Of a stretch of DNA of 64,000 nucleotides, positions 25,570 through 33,849 are shown in pieces. Under the pieces are notes generated by a model. It searched no databases, was not told the origin of the DNA, and worked only from the letters and a program-made list of their open reading frames with translations. The translations under genes were made by a program, and so were the position numbers. The stretch's first letter is position 1; every line of letters starts with the position of its first letter. This stretch comes from Chloroflexota bacterium (lineage in GTDB: Bacteria > Chloroflexota > UBA6077 > CF-72), in assembly GCA_035309865.1 (NCBI GenBank), contig DATGER010000134.1:5331-69330 (forward strand), read 5' to 3'.

Positions 25570-26085
25570 TCAGGACGCTCGCGCGGCCGGCGCACGAACC
25601 TCGATCGGCGGACCTAGCAGTCGACTCCCGTGGTGAGTTCCAATCCTGCCGAGTATTGCCAGGTCTGGCGGACCGTCGAGCTGGTCGAAATACTGTTGCC
25701 GCTCGGCGAAGAATTCTTCGATGCCGCTGGGGACGGCCACGCTGAGCAGGCGGGTCGCGCTCCCGCTCGCATTGGCAAACGCGTGTGGAGTCCCGCGCGG
25801 TATCCACACAAAGGATCCAGTGGTGACCTCGCGCTCTTCGTCACCGAGCTGTACGACGAGTGTCCCTTCGAGCACGTAAAAGGCCTCGTCCATTTCCCCG
25901 TGGAGGTGCAGCGGCGGCCCAGATTGCCAGGGCGCGAGAGTGTCCTGAAAAACACTGAGCAGTCCGGCGGTGTCGGTGGCGTCGGCCTTGACGCCGGGCG
26001 AGACGGTCGGGTTGCGACGAACGTCGCCAGGGGCGAGCACGTAGGCCTGGGCGCGATGGTCGGTGGGGTGCAAAGCGTCGGTCAT
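25570..26085 (-). CDS. Cupin domain protein
   Basis: PPLHLHGEMDEAFYVLEG...WIPRGTPHAF is the two-motif cupin signature. It is the first gene of the four-gene minus-strand cluster. Confidence 0.8.
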   Translation of the reverse strand: MTDALHPTDHRAQAYVLAPGDVRRNPTVSPGVKADATDTAGLLSVFQDTLAPWQSGPPLHLHGEMDEAFYVLEGTLVVQLGDEEREVTTGSFVWIPRGTPHAFANASGSATRLLSVAVPSGIEEFFAERQQYFDQLDGPPDLAILGRIGTHHGSRLLGPPIEVRAPAARAS

Positions 26086-26099
26086 GCCGCGGTTCCCTT

Positions 26100-26146
26100 T
26101 CGTAGACGATATATATTGAGTAGATGTAGACTATATCTGGTAGACT
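26100..26146. promoter_or_regulatory. AT-rich divergent promoter/operator region with GTAGAC repeats
   Basis: 71-nt intergenic region between the cupin (-) and TetR (+) starts. GTAGAC occurs at 26102, 26126 and 26140, GTAGAT at 26120, interspersed with TATATAT / TATATCT. The AT richness stands out sharply in a ~70% GC context. Confidence 0.5.
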
Positions 26147-26156
26147 GAGGCTGTCA

Positions 26157-26813
26157 ATGACCACGCAGACGTGGCGCCGGCGCCAGGCGCTCGAAACGCG
26201 ACGTCAGATCGTCCGCGCCGCCCGCCGCCTGTTTGTCAGCCTCGGCTACGTCGGTACGACCGTCGAGGCGATCGCCGCCGAAGCCGGCGTCGCGGTCCCC
26301 ACCGTGTACAAGGCGTTCGGTACCAAAGCCGCGATCGCGCGCGAACTCAACGACCTGATCGACGAGGAAGCCGGTGTCGCCGCATACACCCAGCGCGTCG
26401 CGCTGGCCAGCCAACCGACGGAGCTGATCGCCGCGGCCGTCGCGTTGAACCTGAGCCTGCATGAACACTGCGGGGACATCATCGAGGCGACCCGCGCAGG
26501 CGCGGCCGTCGACGCTACGCTCGCGCACGTCTACGCCGAAGGCACGCGCCGGCATGACGACGGCATGCGCTCGCTGATCGACAGTCTCCAGGCGTCGGGC
26601 GCGCTCCGCGCTGAGCTGGAACCGGTCCAGGCGGTCGGGTTGCTGTCCAGTCTGTGCGCGCCGGAGGTATTCGCCGAGTTGACCCGCCGCCACGGCTGGA
26701 CCGTGCACAACTGCGAGGCCTGGACGGTCGAAGCGCTGTGCTGGCTGCTGCTGAGACCCGTCGCAACCCGTCGTCATCGGAGCCCGGCTACCCAGCCGCG
26801 GACTGCGCGGTGA
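26157..26813 (+). CDS. TetR/AcrR family transcriptional regulator
   Basis: The N-terminal HTH RRQIVRAARRLFVSLGYVGTTVEAIAAEAGVAVPTVYKAFGTK is a classic TetR_N signature. Confidence 0.9.
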   Translation: MTTQTWRRRQALETRRQIVRAARRLFVSLGYVGTTVEAIAAEAGVAVPTVYKAFGTKAAIARELNDLIDEEAGVAAYTQRVALASQPTELIAAAVALNLSLHEHCGDIIEATRAGAAVDATLAHVYAEGTRRHDDGMRSLIDSLQASGALRAELEPVQAVGLLSSLCAPEVFAELTRRHGWTVHNCEAWTVEALCWLLLRPVATRRHRSPATQPRTAR

Positions 26814-27192
26814 ACCGTGGACGGTTGCTGTCCTCGGCAAGCGCGCCGGGTTGCCATGTCGAGCTGCCGAGCATCACCAGCCAGACGACGATCAGCAGGA
26901 AGCTGACGTGCGGCGGCAGACCCAGGGCCCGCGCGAACGCCAGATCGAGCCAGCCCAGCGCGGCATTGACCAGCGCCAATCCGCCGAGCCAGTTGCGGCG
27001 GTCACCGAGCAGCACGCAGCCCACCATCGCCAGCGCGACAGACAGGAAGTGGTTGCCCACGGTGTCGCGAATGGCGGTCGTGATCACCCACACGCCTTGT
27101 CGATCGTGCAGGGCCCCGTCTCGGGCGGTGGCTTCCGTCGCGGTGGAAGGCAGATCGGTCGCTCCGTCCAGCTGAGTAGTCATCGTCGTCAC
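26788..27192 (-). CDS. Small membrane protein, unknown function
   Basis: 134 aa with three hydrophobic helices (FLSVALAMVGCVLLG, LGGLALVNAALGWLDLAF, VSFLLIVVWLVMLG). No family recognised. Confidence 0.45.
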   Translation of the reverse strand: MTTMTTQLDGATDLPSTATEATARDGALHDRQGVWVITTAIRDTVGNHFLSVALAMVGCVLLGDRRNWLGGLALVNAALGWLDLAFARALGLPPHVSFLLIVVWLVMLGSSTWQPGALAEDSNRPRFTAQSAAG

Positions 27193-27330
27193 CCCTCCTG
27201 TGTGGGTTGCCGCCCAGTCTGCGGGCCAACCGTGCGTCCCGAAACCCGACAGGCCCCCCAGATCGTTCTGGCAAACCCCCCGGTTGCCGGGGGCTAGCTG
27301 GGTTAGACGCCGCGGCTGGTTCCGGACATC

Positions 27331-27801
27331 ATGGCCGCGTGGTGGCCAGGTCAGAGGTGCGGGTGCTCATCCTGGCGGTGCCCGGGCGGTCGGCTGCCGC
27401 TGGAGCTGGGACTGGATATCGAGCCCGGGCTGGCCCATGCCCGGTTCGAACGCGACTCGGAAGCGTGCCTGTACTTCGTGGCGATGGAGGCTCTGACGAA
27501 CGCCCAAAAGCGCGCCGATTGCTCCGCCGTGACCGTCAGCATGCACGCTCGGCCGCAGCCGCGTGGCGTGGTCCTGGAGGTCCACGACGATGGCCGCGGC
27601 TTCAAGCCAGATTCAACCCTCGTCAGTGAAAGGCGGCACGCGGGGCGTGGGCTCCAGAATATGCGCGATCGACTGGCGGCGCTCGGCGGGCAGCTGGAGG
27701 TGCGCGGCGCGCCGGGAGCCGGTACCTGGATTGTGGCGAACCTGCCCGTGCGTGCGGAGAGGCTGCCGGTTCAGCGGCCCGGCATCGTCTCGCGCAGGTA
27801 G
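27331..27801 (+). pseudogene. Histidine kinase fragment (HATPase_c only; NarL-class sensor remnant)
   Basis: EACLYFVAMEALTNAQKRA (N box), LEVHDDGRGF (G1) and GRGLQNMRDRLAALGGQLEVRGAPGAGTWIVANLP (G2) are present. There is no HisKA_3/H-box or sensor region upstream in any frame. Confidence 0.6.
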
Positions 27802-28457
27802 ACCAGCACGGCCGCCACGCGCCTGTTCACCGCTGCCTCCTCCGGCAGACTCAGCTTCGAGAAGACACTCGCGATGCGTTTTTCCACCGTGCCGACCGAT
27901 ATTGACAGACGGCCCGCGATCGACGTGTTGCTGTGGCCTTCGGCCATCAGTCGCAGCACCTCGCGCTCGGCGGGCGTCAGGTCGGCGAGTGGCGTGCCGC
28001 GTTTACCGCTCCGGTGCGCCAGGATGTCCCGCACGATCCGCGGGTCGAGGACAGATCCGCCGGCGGCCACCTCGCGCATGGCCCGCACCAACTGGTCGAC
28101 GTCCCCAACGCGAACCTTGTGCAGATACCCGTAGCCGGCGACGCCGCCCTCCAGCAGGGCCCACACGTAGCTCTCGTCATCATGCTGGCTGAGAATGACA
28201 ATCCCGGTCTCCGGTCGCTCGCGCTTGATGACATGCGCGGCCTGGATGCCCTCCATCGTCTCTGTCGGTGGCATCTTGATGTCCATCAGAACGACGTCCG
28301 GCCGGAGCCGTTTGGCCTCACGCAGGACGCTGTCGTAATCCCACGCGGTGCCGACCACTTCAACGCCTTCGACCTCGGCGACCAGGCGGCGCGTTCCTTC
28401 GCGCATGAGGTACTGGTCCTCAGCGATCAGCACACGCAGCGGGCTTGCCATCACCAT
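27771..28457 (-). CDS. NarL/LuxR family two-component response regulator
   Basis: Start moved to ATG 28457 (MVMASPLRVLIAEDQYLMREG...). Receiver motifs (DVVLMDIKMPP, ILSQH) and a C-terminal LuxR HTH (LTPAEREVLRLMAEGHSNTSIAGRLSISVGTVEKRI). Confidence 0.9.
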   Translation of the reverse strand: MVMASPLRVLIAEDQYLMREGTRRLVAEVEGVEVVGTAWDYDSVLREAKRLRPDVVLMDIKMPPTETMEGIQAAHVIKRERPETGIVILSQHDDESYVWALLEGGVAGYGYLHKVRVGDVDQLVRAMREVAAGGSVLDPRIVRDILAHRSGKRGTPLADLTPAEREVLRLMAEGHSNTSIAGRLSISVGTVEKRIASVFSKLSLPEEAAVNRRVAAVLVYLRETMPGR

Positions 28458-28553
28458 TGCGAATGCTACCGGTGCCAGGCCGATTATGAAGTCGGGTGGT
28501 GTCTGGCCCGCTGGGGCGCCAGCAATGGACCATGGGTTCGTTCGAGGCGGGCC

Positions 28554-28582
28554 TTGACAGTACCCGCACTTCCTAATAGTAT
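28554..28582 (+). promoter_or_regulatory. Sigma-70-like promoter candidate upstream of the TetR gene
   Basis: TTGACA (28554-28559), 17 nt, TAGTAT (28577-28582), then GGGAG and ATG 28594. The 9-nt palindrome AATAgTATT overlaps the -10 and could be an autoregulatory operator. Confidence 0.45.
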
Positions 28583-28593
28583 TCGGGAGACCG

Positions 28594-29277
28594 ATGACTG
28601 TTAGAGAAATGTCGAGACTCGACCCGCCCACGCTGCGTCGCAGGCGGCAGCGCCAGGAGGTGCTCGACGCGATCCTCCTGGCCGCGCGCGACGTCATGCG
28701 CGCCGACGGAGTTGCCGCCCTCAGCTTGCACGAGGTCGCCCGTCGCGTGGGCCTGCGTGCGCCGTCCCTCTACGAATACGTCGACGGCAAGCATGGGCTC
28801 TATGACACGCTGTTCCTGCTTGGCGTGCGCCTCTTCGCCCAGCACGTCGAGCGCGCCTCGGCGGAGCTCACGCCGAACTCTTCCACCGCCGAACAGTTGC
28901 GCGCCCGTTTGATCCAGTACCTCACCTTTGCGCATGAGCAGCCGGATCTCTATTCACTCGTTTTCGAGCGACCGGTACCCGGTTTCGAGCCTTCGGCAGC
29001 CAACATGGCTGCCGCCACCGACCTGCTGGCCGCCAGCCGCGCCGCGTGGGCCGCAATGCTGTCGAGCGGCGAGCTCCAGCCGGATCTCACTCCAGATCAG
29101 TCGCACGATCTGTTCATCGCGTTACAGCACGGCTTGACGGCCTTCCACCTGGCGAACGAGCCGCACCTTCCAGTCGGGCAGGGCCGCTTCGGTGGGCTGA
29201 TCGAGGCCGCCGTCGCCCTCTTTATCACCAGCTGGGGCAACGCCTCACTACCACCTTCAGGGAGGGATCATCCATGA
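28594..29277 (+). CDS. TetR/AcrR family transcriptional regulator
   Basis: The HTH RQEVLDAILLAARDVMRADGVAALSLHEVARRVGLRAPSLYEYVDGK is a TetR_N signature. ATGA overlap with the next gene. Confidence 0.9.
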   Translation: MTVREMSRLDPPTLRRRRQRQEVLDAILLAARDVMRADGVAALSLHEVARRVGLRAPSLYEYVDGKHGLYDTLFLLGVRLFAQHVERASAELTPNSSTAEQLRARLIQYLTFAHEQPDLYSLVFERPVPGFEPSAANMAAATDLLAASRAAWAAMLSSGELQPDLTPDQSHDLFIALQHGLTAFHLANEPHLPVGQGRFGGLIEAAVALFITSWGNASLPPSGRDHP

Positions 29278-30133
29278 CCTCGCTGCTCGGCAGCTCGATC
29301 GCGTCCGACGCGGCCAATCCCCCGGTCGTCGATGCCCACTCCATCCCTGCTCTTGGCCACGGCGAGGCCGCAGCGGTGGCCCAGACGGAGCTCGAGCGCT
29401 TCCTAGCCGTGCTCGAAACCCTGAGCCACCAGGACTGGGACCGCCCAACCGCCTGCCCGCTGTGGAACGTCCGCGAGGTCGTCGCCCATGTCACCGGCGC
29501 CACGGCCGCCTTTACCAGTTGGGCACGGTCCGCCGCCAGGGAGATCCGTCGGTCCAGCGCCCTTACCGTGAGCGTGGCATGAGCCAACTGGACGCAATGA
29601 ACCAGATCCAGGTGGATGACCGCGCTGACCGTAGCCCCACCGAACTGCTGTCCGAGTTGCGCCAGGCGGGTCCGCGTGCGATCGCGACCCGCCGGCGTTT
29701 GCCGTTCCCGCTTCGGGCGCTGCGCGTCCCGCTGCCGCCGCTGGGCGGCTGGGTCCCGATCGGTTACCTGACTGACGTGATCTATCCCCGAGACATGTGG
29801 ATGCACCGCCTAGATATTTGCCGCGCAGCCGACCGGCCGATGGCACTCGACTCGGAGCACGACGGTCGCATGACCGCCCTCGTCATGCGCGACCTCGGTC
29901 AACAGCGGGCCTGGCGAGCAGCCTGCGGTTCAAGTGCTGTTGTCTACCATCTGACTGGCGTCGCGGGCGGCAGCTGGCGTCTGGGCCGCGGACACCAGCC
30001 TGATGCCGAGATCACGCTCGATGCGCCGGATTTCCACCTGCTCGCCTCTGGTCGACGGAGGGTGCCGGTCAGCGTGATCGGCGACCCAGCGCTCGCAGAA
30101 CGCGCCCTCGCGGCCACCAGAGTGCCGTATTGA
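29274..30133 (+). pseudogene. Maleylpyruvate isomerase/mycothiol-dependent (DinB-like, TIGR03083-type) protein, split into two frames
   Basis: The N-terminal frame 29274-29582 (...DWDRPTACPLWNVREVVAHVTGA...) stops at a TGA that overlaps ATG 29579 of the second frame (MSQLDAMNQIQVDDRADRSPTELLSELRQAG...). The split falls inside the N-terminal four-helix bundle. A single-base indel near 29575-29578 would restore one ORF. Confidence 0.6.
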
Positions 30134-30154
30134 GCCACCCACGAGAGGAATACC

Positions 30155-30670
30155 GTGATGACCAACCCTATCCTGACGATCCAGTCGAGGCCAACAACTG
30201 TGAGCACGAGGCCCTCCGCGACGATCATTCCGACAGCAACCCGATGGCCGCTAGCCGTCTGTGTCGCGTGGTGGACCGGAGCCGCCATTGAAACAGTGGT
30301 CGGCGTGACCGAACGCTGGCCCGCACAGTTCGGGGGCATCGGCGATCCGGACAAGATCGCGAGCCAGTGGATCACCATGGGCACCGCCATCTCACCGCCG
30401 CTCTTCCTGTTCATCGCTGTCATCCTGGGCGGAGTGCTCGCGTTTGCGGCCACACGCCGGTCCTGGCGTGTGATTGGCGGCGGACTCATCGCCGCGGTCG
30501 GCCTCATCGGTGTGGTGTCCACTCTCGGTGAGCTTCTGGCGGCGGCCACACCCGATGTGCCACGCGGTGTCCAATGGTCTTCCCTCATCGGCACCGCGCT
30601 GTCGCTCGCCCTGGCGGCGGCAGGCGTGACCCTCGCCCGTGCCGGTAACCGCCAGATTACCCGCCGGTGA
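30155..30670 (+). CDS. Membrane protein, unknown function
   Basis: 171 aa with four hydrophobic helices. No family recognised. Confidence 0.5.
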   Translation: MMTNPILTIQSRPTTVSTRPSATIIPTATRWPLAVCVAWWTGAAIETVVGVTERWPAQFGGIGDPDKIASQWITMGTAISPPLFLFIAVILGGVLAFAATRRSWRVIGGGLIAAVGLIGVVSTLGELLAAATPDVPRGVQWSSLIGTALSLALAAAGVTLARAGNRQITRR

Positions 30671-30706
30671 AAATGAAGATCCCACGCATCAAACGGAGTT
30701 GATGTC

Positions 30707-31006
30707 ATGACGCATGTAGCTATAACCCGAATTGCGCTCCAGCCCGGCAACAGTCAGCGGATGCAAGAGGCTGTGCAAGCGTTGTTGGATGCACGCCGAC
30801 CTCTTCTCGGCGGCGACCTGCGCTCAATGCAGGTCGTGCGCTCAGCGGACGGTAATGAATATGCGCTGATCTCGGTGTGGGCCAGCGCGGAGGCCGACGC
30901 GCGTCACGAGAACGACGTGGCCGAACAGCAAGCCGCCGAACGAATTGGTCCGGTTGTGGTCGGTGCGCCGGTCGAATTCATCGGCGAGGTTATCGCCGAG
31001 TTATAG
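30707..31006 (+). CDS. Antibiotic-biosynthesis-monooxygenase (ABM)/Dabb-fold protein
   Basis: 99 aa. The ferredoxin-like pattern VAITRIALQPG...YALISVWASAEADARHEN is typical of ABM domains. Confidence 0.6.
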   Translation: MTHVAITRIALQPGNSQRMQEAVQALLDARRPLLGGDLRSMQVVRSADGNEYALISVWASAEADARHENDVAEQQAAERIGPVVVGAPVEFIGEVIAEL

Positions 31007-31167
31007 CCTGTGGCGTCGCCCAGCCTGGACCTCGGCGTGAGCTTCGCCAAGCCCGGTTGGGTACGACAGCGCGGGCAGGACGGGATTCTTGTCGACCGAC
31101 GGCAGGAGGGAAAGGACACCTGGTACGTCGATCCCGTAACCGTCGGACAAGTCGGGGACAGATGCGC

Positions 31168-32760
31168 CTACTTCCTTCCGAGCAACCGATCGTGGAATGC
31201 GAATCGCTCGCGATGGCGCTCCGGTTCCGTCTGGGATTGGACATCCCAGCGCATCACGCTGATCTCGCGGCCGTCGCCGTTCGCGGGTGGCCAGCCAGGT
31301 AGGCCCGTACCGTTCGGATCTCCCGTCTTGACGAAATTCGCATAGCACGCTTGCATCGTTTCGGAGACGGCGTAGTCCTCGGCGGTCCAGGCATAGACGC
31401 GGTTCGTGGCGAGGTTACCCATCGCGTACTCGATGTCCGCGGAGTGGACCGCGCCGCGCGGCGGCGGCGCCGCCTTCGCGTCCGGGTCCGTCAGAATACC
31501 GCCAGCCAGACCGGCCACCGCATTGCCCATCTCGGGAACCATTGGCGGGCGCGGGTGGGTGTAGAAGTAGCGGTAGACCGGGCAGCCGCCGGTAGCAGCG
31601 TGCAACTCCGACCACTTCCACGTCGAATATCCAAGGAATCGGTCGCTCGCGAGGTCTGTCGCCGCGTCCATCACCTCCTCAGCGGTACTCGCCGGGTACA
31701 GTCGCAGCACCTCGTCGGCCGACTCGGCGTACAGCGCCCGAACCGCCTTCACGTAGTTCTCGGGCGTCGGGTCGGCGTCGCCCAGTGTGCCTTGAAAGTT
31801 AGCCTCCTCGGAGTTCCAGCCGACCAGCAGCGGCACGCGCGCCTGCTCGCCCGCGGCGAACGTCTCGTCCACGAACCTCGGCAGGAGGTAACCGTCCACC
31901 GAGGAACTGAACGCCGCGACATTCAGTCCGTTTGTCGCTTCGAGCAGGTGGTCAGCAGGCATGGCGCGCAGCGCCGCAAGTGAACCTGCACCCACCGTGG
32001 CAGCGAACTCGGCGCCGGTGCGCTCCTTGTCGGCGAGCGTGACGGGCGCCAGGACCGAGCCGAGCGCCGCGCCACTCGAGCCGATCGCGCCGGCGATGAG
32101 GTCCTTCGACAGCGGCGAGGCCATCTGGACGCTGACCGAAATCGACCCGGCCGACTCGCCCGCGATCGTCACACGCCGCGGGTCGCCGCCGAAGGCGTGA
32201 ATGTTGTCGCGTACCCACACCAGCGCCGCGTTCTGGTCGAGGTATCCCTGGTTCCCCGACGCACCGCGTGGCGATTCGCGCGACAGTTCCGGGTGCGCGA
32301 AGAAACCAAAGACGCCGAGCCGATAGTTCACCGTCAGCGTGACGAGGCCCCGGCGCGCGAGCGCCGCGCCGTCGTAGCGCGGCTCCGAGCCGTCGCCAGC
32401 CATGTTTCCCCCGCCGTAGAAGTAGACGAGCACCGGCAGCCGGTCGTCCGCCGACTTCGCCGGCGTCCAGACGTTCAGGTAGAGACAGTCTTCGCGCATT
32501 CCGTTCGAGCGGAAATTCATGTCGCCGAACATTGACAACTGCATCGGGCGGGGGCCGAACCTGTCCGTCCGGCGCACGCCGAGCCAGCTTCTGACCGGCT
32601 GGGGCGGCGCGAATCGCAGTGGGCCCACTGGCGGCTCGGCGAACGGGATCCCTCGGAAACTCAGGAGGTCCGAACCCGGCTCGCGGGTTCCTTCCACGAC
32701 ACCGGTCGAGGTGGCGATGCGGTTGTCGACGAAGGAGCTCTGGCTAGTTGCGATGTTCAC
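31168..32760 (-). CDS. Type B carboxylesterase (para-nitrobenzyl esterase-like)
   Basis: 530 aa. FRGIPFAEPPVGPLRF, EDCLYLNVW, the oxyanion HGGG variant (YFYGGGN) and the nucleophile elbow GESAGS. Confidence 0.9.
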   Translation of the reverse strand: MNIATSQSSFVDNRIATSTGVVEGTREPGSDLLSFRGIPFAEPPVGPLRFAPPQPVRSWLGVRRTDRFGPRPMQLSMFGDMNFRSNGMREDCLYLNVWTPAKSADDRLPVLVYFYGGGNMAGDGSEPRYDGAALARRGLVTLTVNYRLGVFGFFAHPELSRESPRGASGNQGYLDQNAALVWVRDNIHAFGGDPRRVTIAGESAGSISVSVQMASPLSKDLIAGAIGSSGAALGSVLAPVTLADKERTGAEFAATVGAGSLAALRAMPADHLLEATNGLNVAAFSSSVDGYLLPRFVDETFAAGEQARVPLLVGWNSEEANFQGTLGDADPTPENYVKAVRALYAESADEVLRLYPASTAEEVMDAATDLASDRFLGYSTWKWSELHAATGGCPVYRYFYTHPRPPMVPEMGNAVAGLAGGILTDPDAKAAPPPRGAVHSADIEYAMGNLATNRVYAWTAEDYAVSETMQACYANFVKTGDPNGTGLPGWPPANGDGREISVMRWDVQSQTEPERHRERFAFHDRLLGRK

Positions 32761-32768
32761 GTGGCCTC

Positions 32769-33800
32769 CTACGGACGAATGTGGACCTTCAACGAACCGT
32801 GCGATTTGTCGGCGGCGGTCTGAAATGCGGCCGCCGCCTGCTCGAGTGGGAACCGGTGGGTCACCATCCCCTGTGTCCCCGCTCGGCCGGACGCGATGAT
32901 CTCGATGGCGACGTCGAAGTCGTGCCGTCCGTCAATGACGCCATAACAGATCGGAAACGTGATGGACACTTCGCGGAGAATCGGGCGCATCAGGTTGAGC
33001 ATTACGGGTTGCGGAAAGATGCCGAGCACCGCGAGGCTGCCCTGAGGCCGCACCAGTTGCCACGCGAGTTCAAGCGGCTCCGCGTGCCGCCCAACCGCCT
33101 CGACGACAAGATCCGCTCCGACTCCGCCGGTGAGATCGCGTATCCACGCCACCGCATCGGCCCCTTCGGCCTGCACCGCCGTCGCGGCGCCAAAGGTCCT
33201 TGCCGCCGCCGCTTGATGCGCGTGGCGCGCCACGACGTGGACCCTGTCCGCTCCCAGAGCTCGGGCGGCGAGCAGCGTCATCAGACCGATCGTGCCTGCG
33301 CCGACGATGACCACCGTCGCGCCCGGCGCCATTCGGGCCCGGCGAATCGCGTGGACCCCAACCGCCAGCGGCTCGACGAGCGCACCCTGTTCCGCGGACA
33401 TGCCAGGCGGGAGCCTGAACAACCCGGCGGGGTGCCTCTGGATCAGGTCAGCGAAGGCGCCACCCCAACCGGCCGTTTTGTCACGCTCGAGACAATGGAA
33501 CGTCTGCCCGGCCCGACAGAACCCGCACGCTCCGCATGCCCGCCCGTGACAGATGGTGTCGACGGCGACCAGATCGCCGATGCGAATCGGGCCTGCGTAG
33601 GCGTCTGGCAGAGATACCACCTCGCCAGCCACCTCGTGGCCCTCAGGCAGGGGTTGCGGCTCGGTGCGGTGGAGATAGACGTGCAGGTCGGATCCACACA
33701 CTCCCGCCGCCACGACGCGGACCAGCGCGCCGTCCCGGCCGGGTGCCGGAACATCGCGCACGTCGATTTCAGAAAGACCGTTCTGGATGGCCGCTCGCAT
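32769..33800 (-). CDS. Zinc-dependent medium-chain alcohol/polyol dehydrogenase
   Basis: GVCGSDLH, the structural-zinc Cys cluster (CGACGFCRAGQTFHC) and the Rossmann motif VIVGAGTIG. Confidence 0.85.
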   Translation of the reverse strand: MRAAIQNGLSEIDVRDVPAPGRDGALVRVVAAGVCGSDLHVYLHRTEPQPLPEGHEVAGEVVSLPDAYAGPIRIGDLVAVDTICHGRACGACGFCRAGQTFHCLERDKTAGWGGAFADLIQRHPAGLFRLPPGMSAEQGALVEPLAVGVHAIRRARMAPGATVVIVGAGTIGLMTLLAARALGADRVHVVARHAHQAAAARTFGAATAVQAEGADAVAWIRDLTGGVGADLVVEAVGRHAEPLELAWQLVRPQGSLAVLGIFPQPVMLNLMRPILREVSITFPICYGVIDGRHDFDVAIEIIASGRAGTQGMVTHRFPLEQAAAAFQTAADKSHGSLKVHIRP

Positions 33801-33849
33801 GCGTCACTCCGTGTTGTAGAGATCCTAATGCGTCCGTGCCAGCCTGCGG

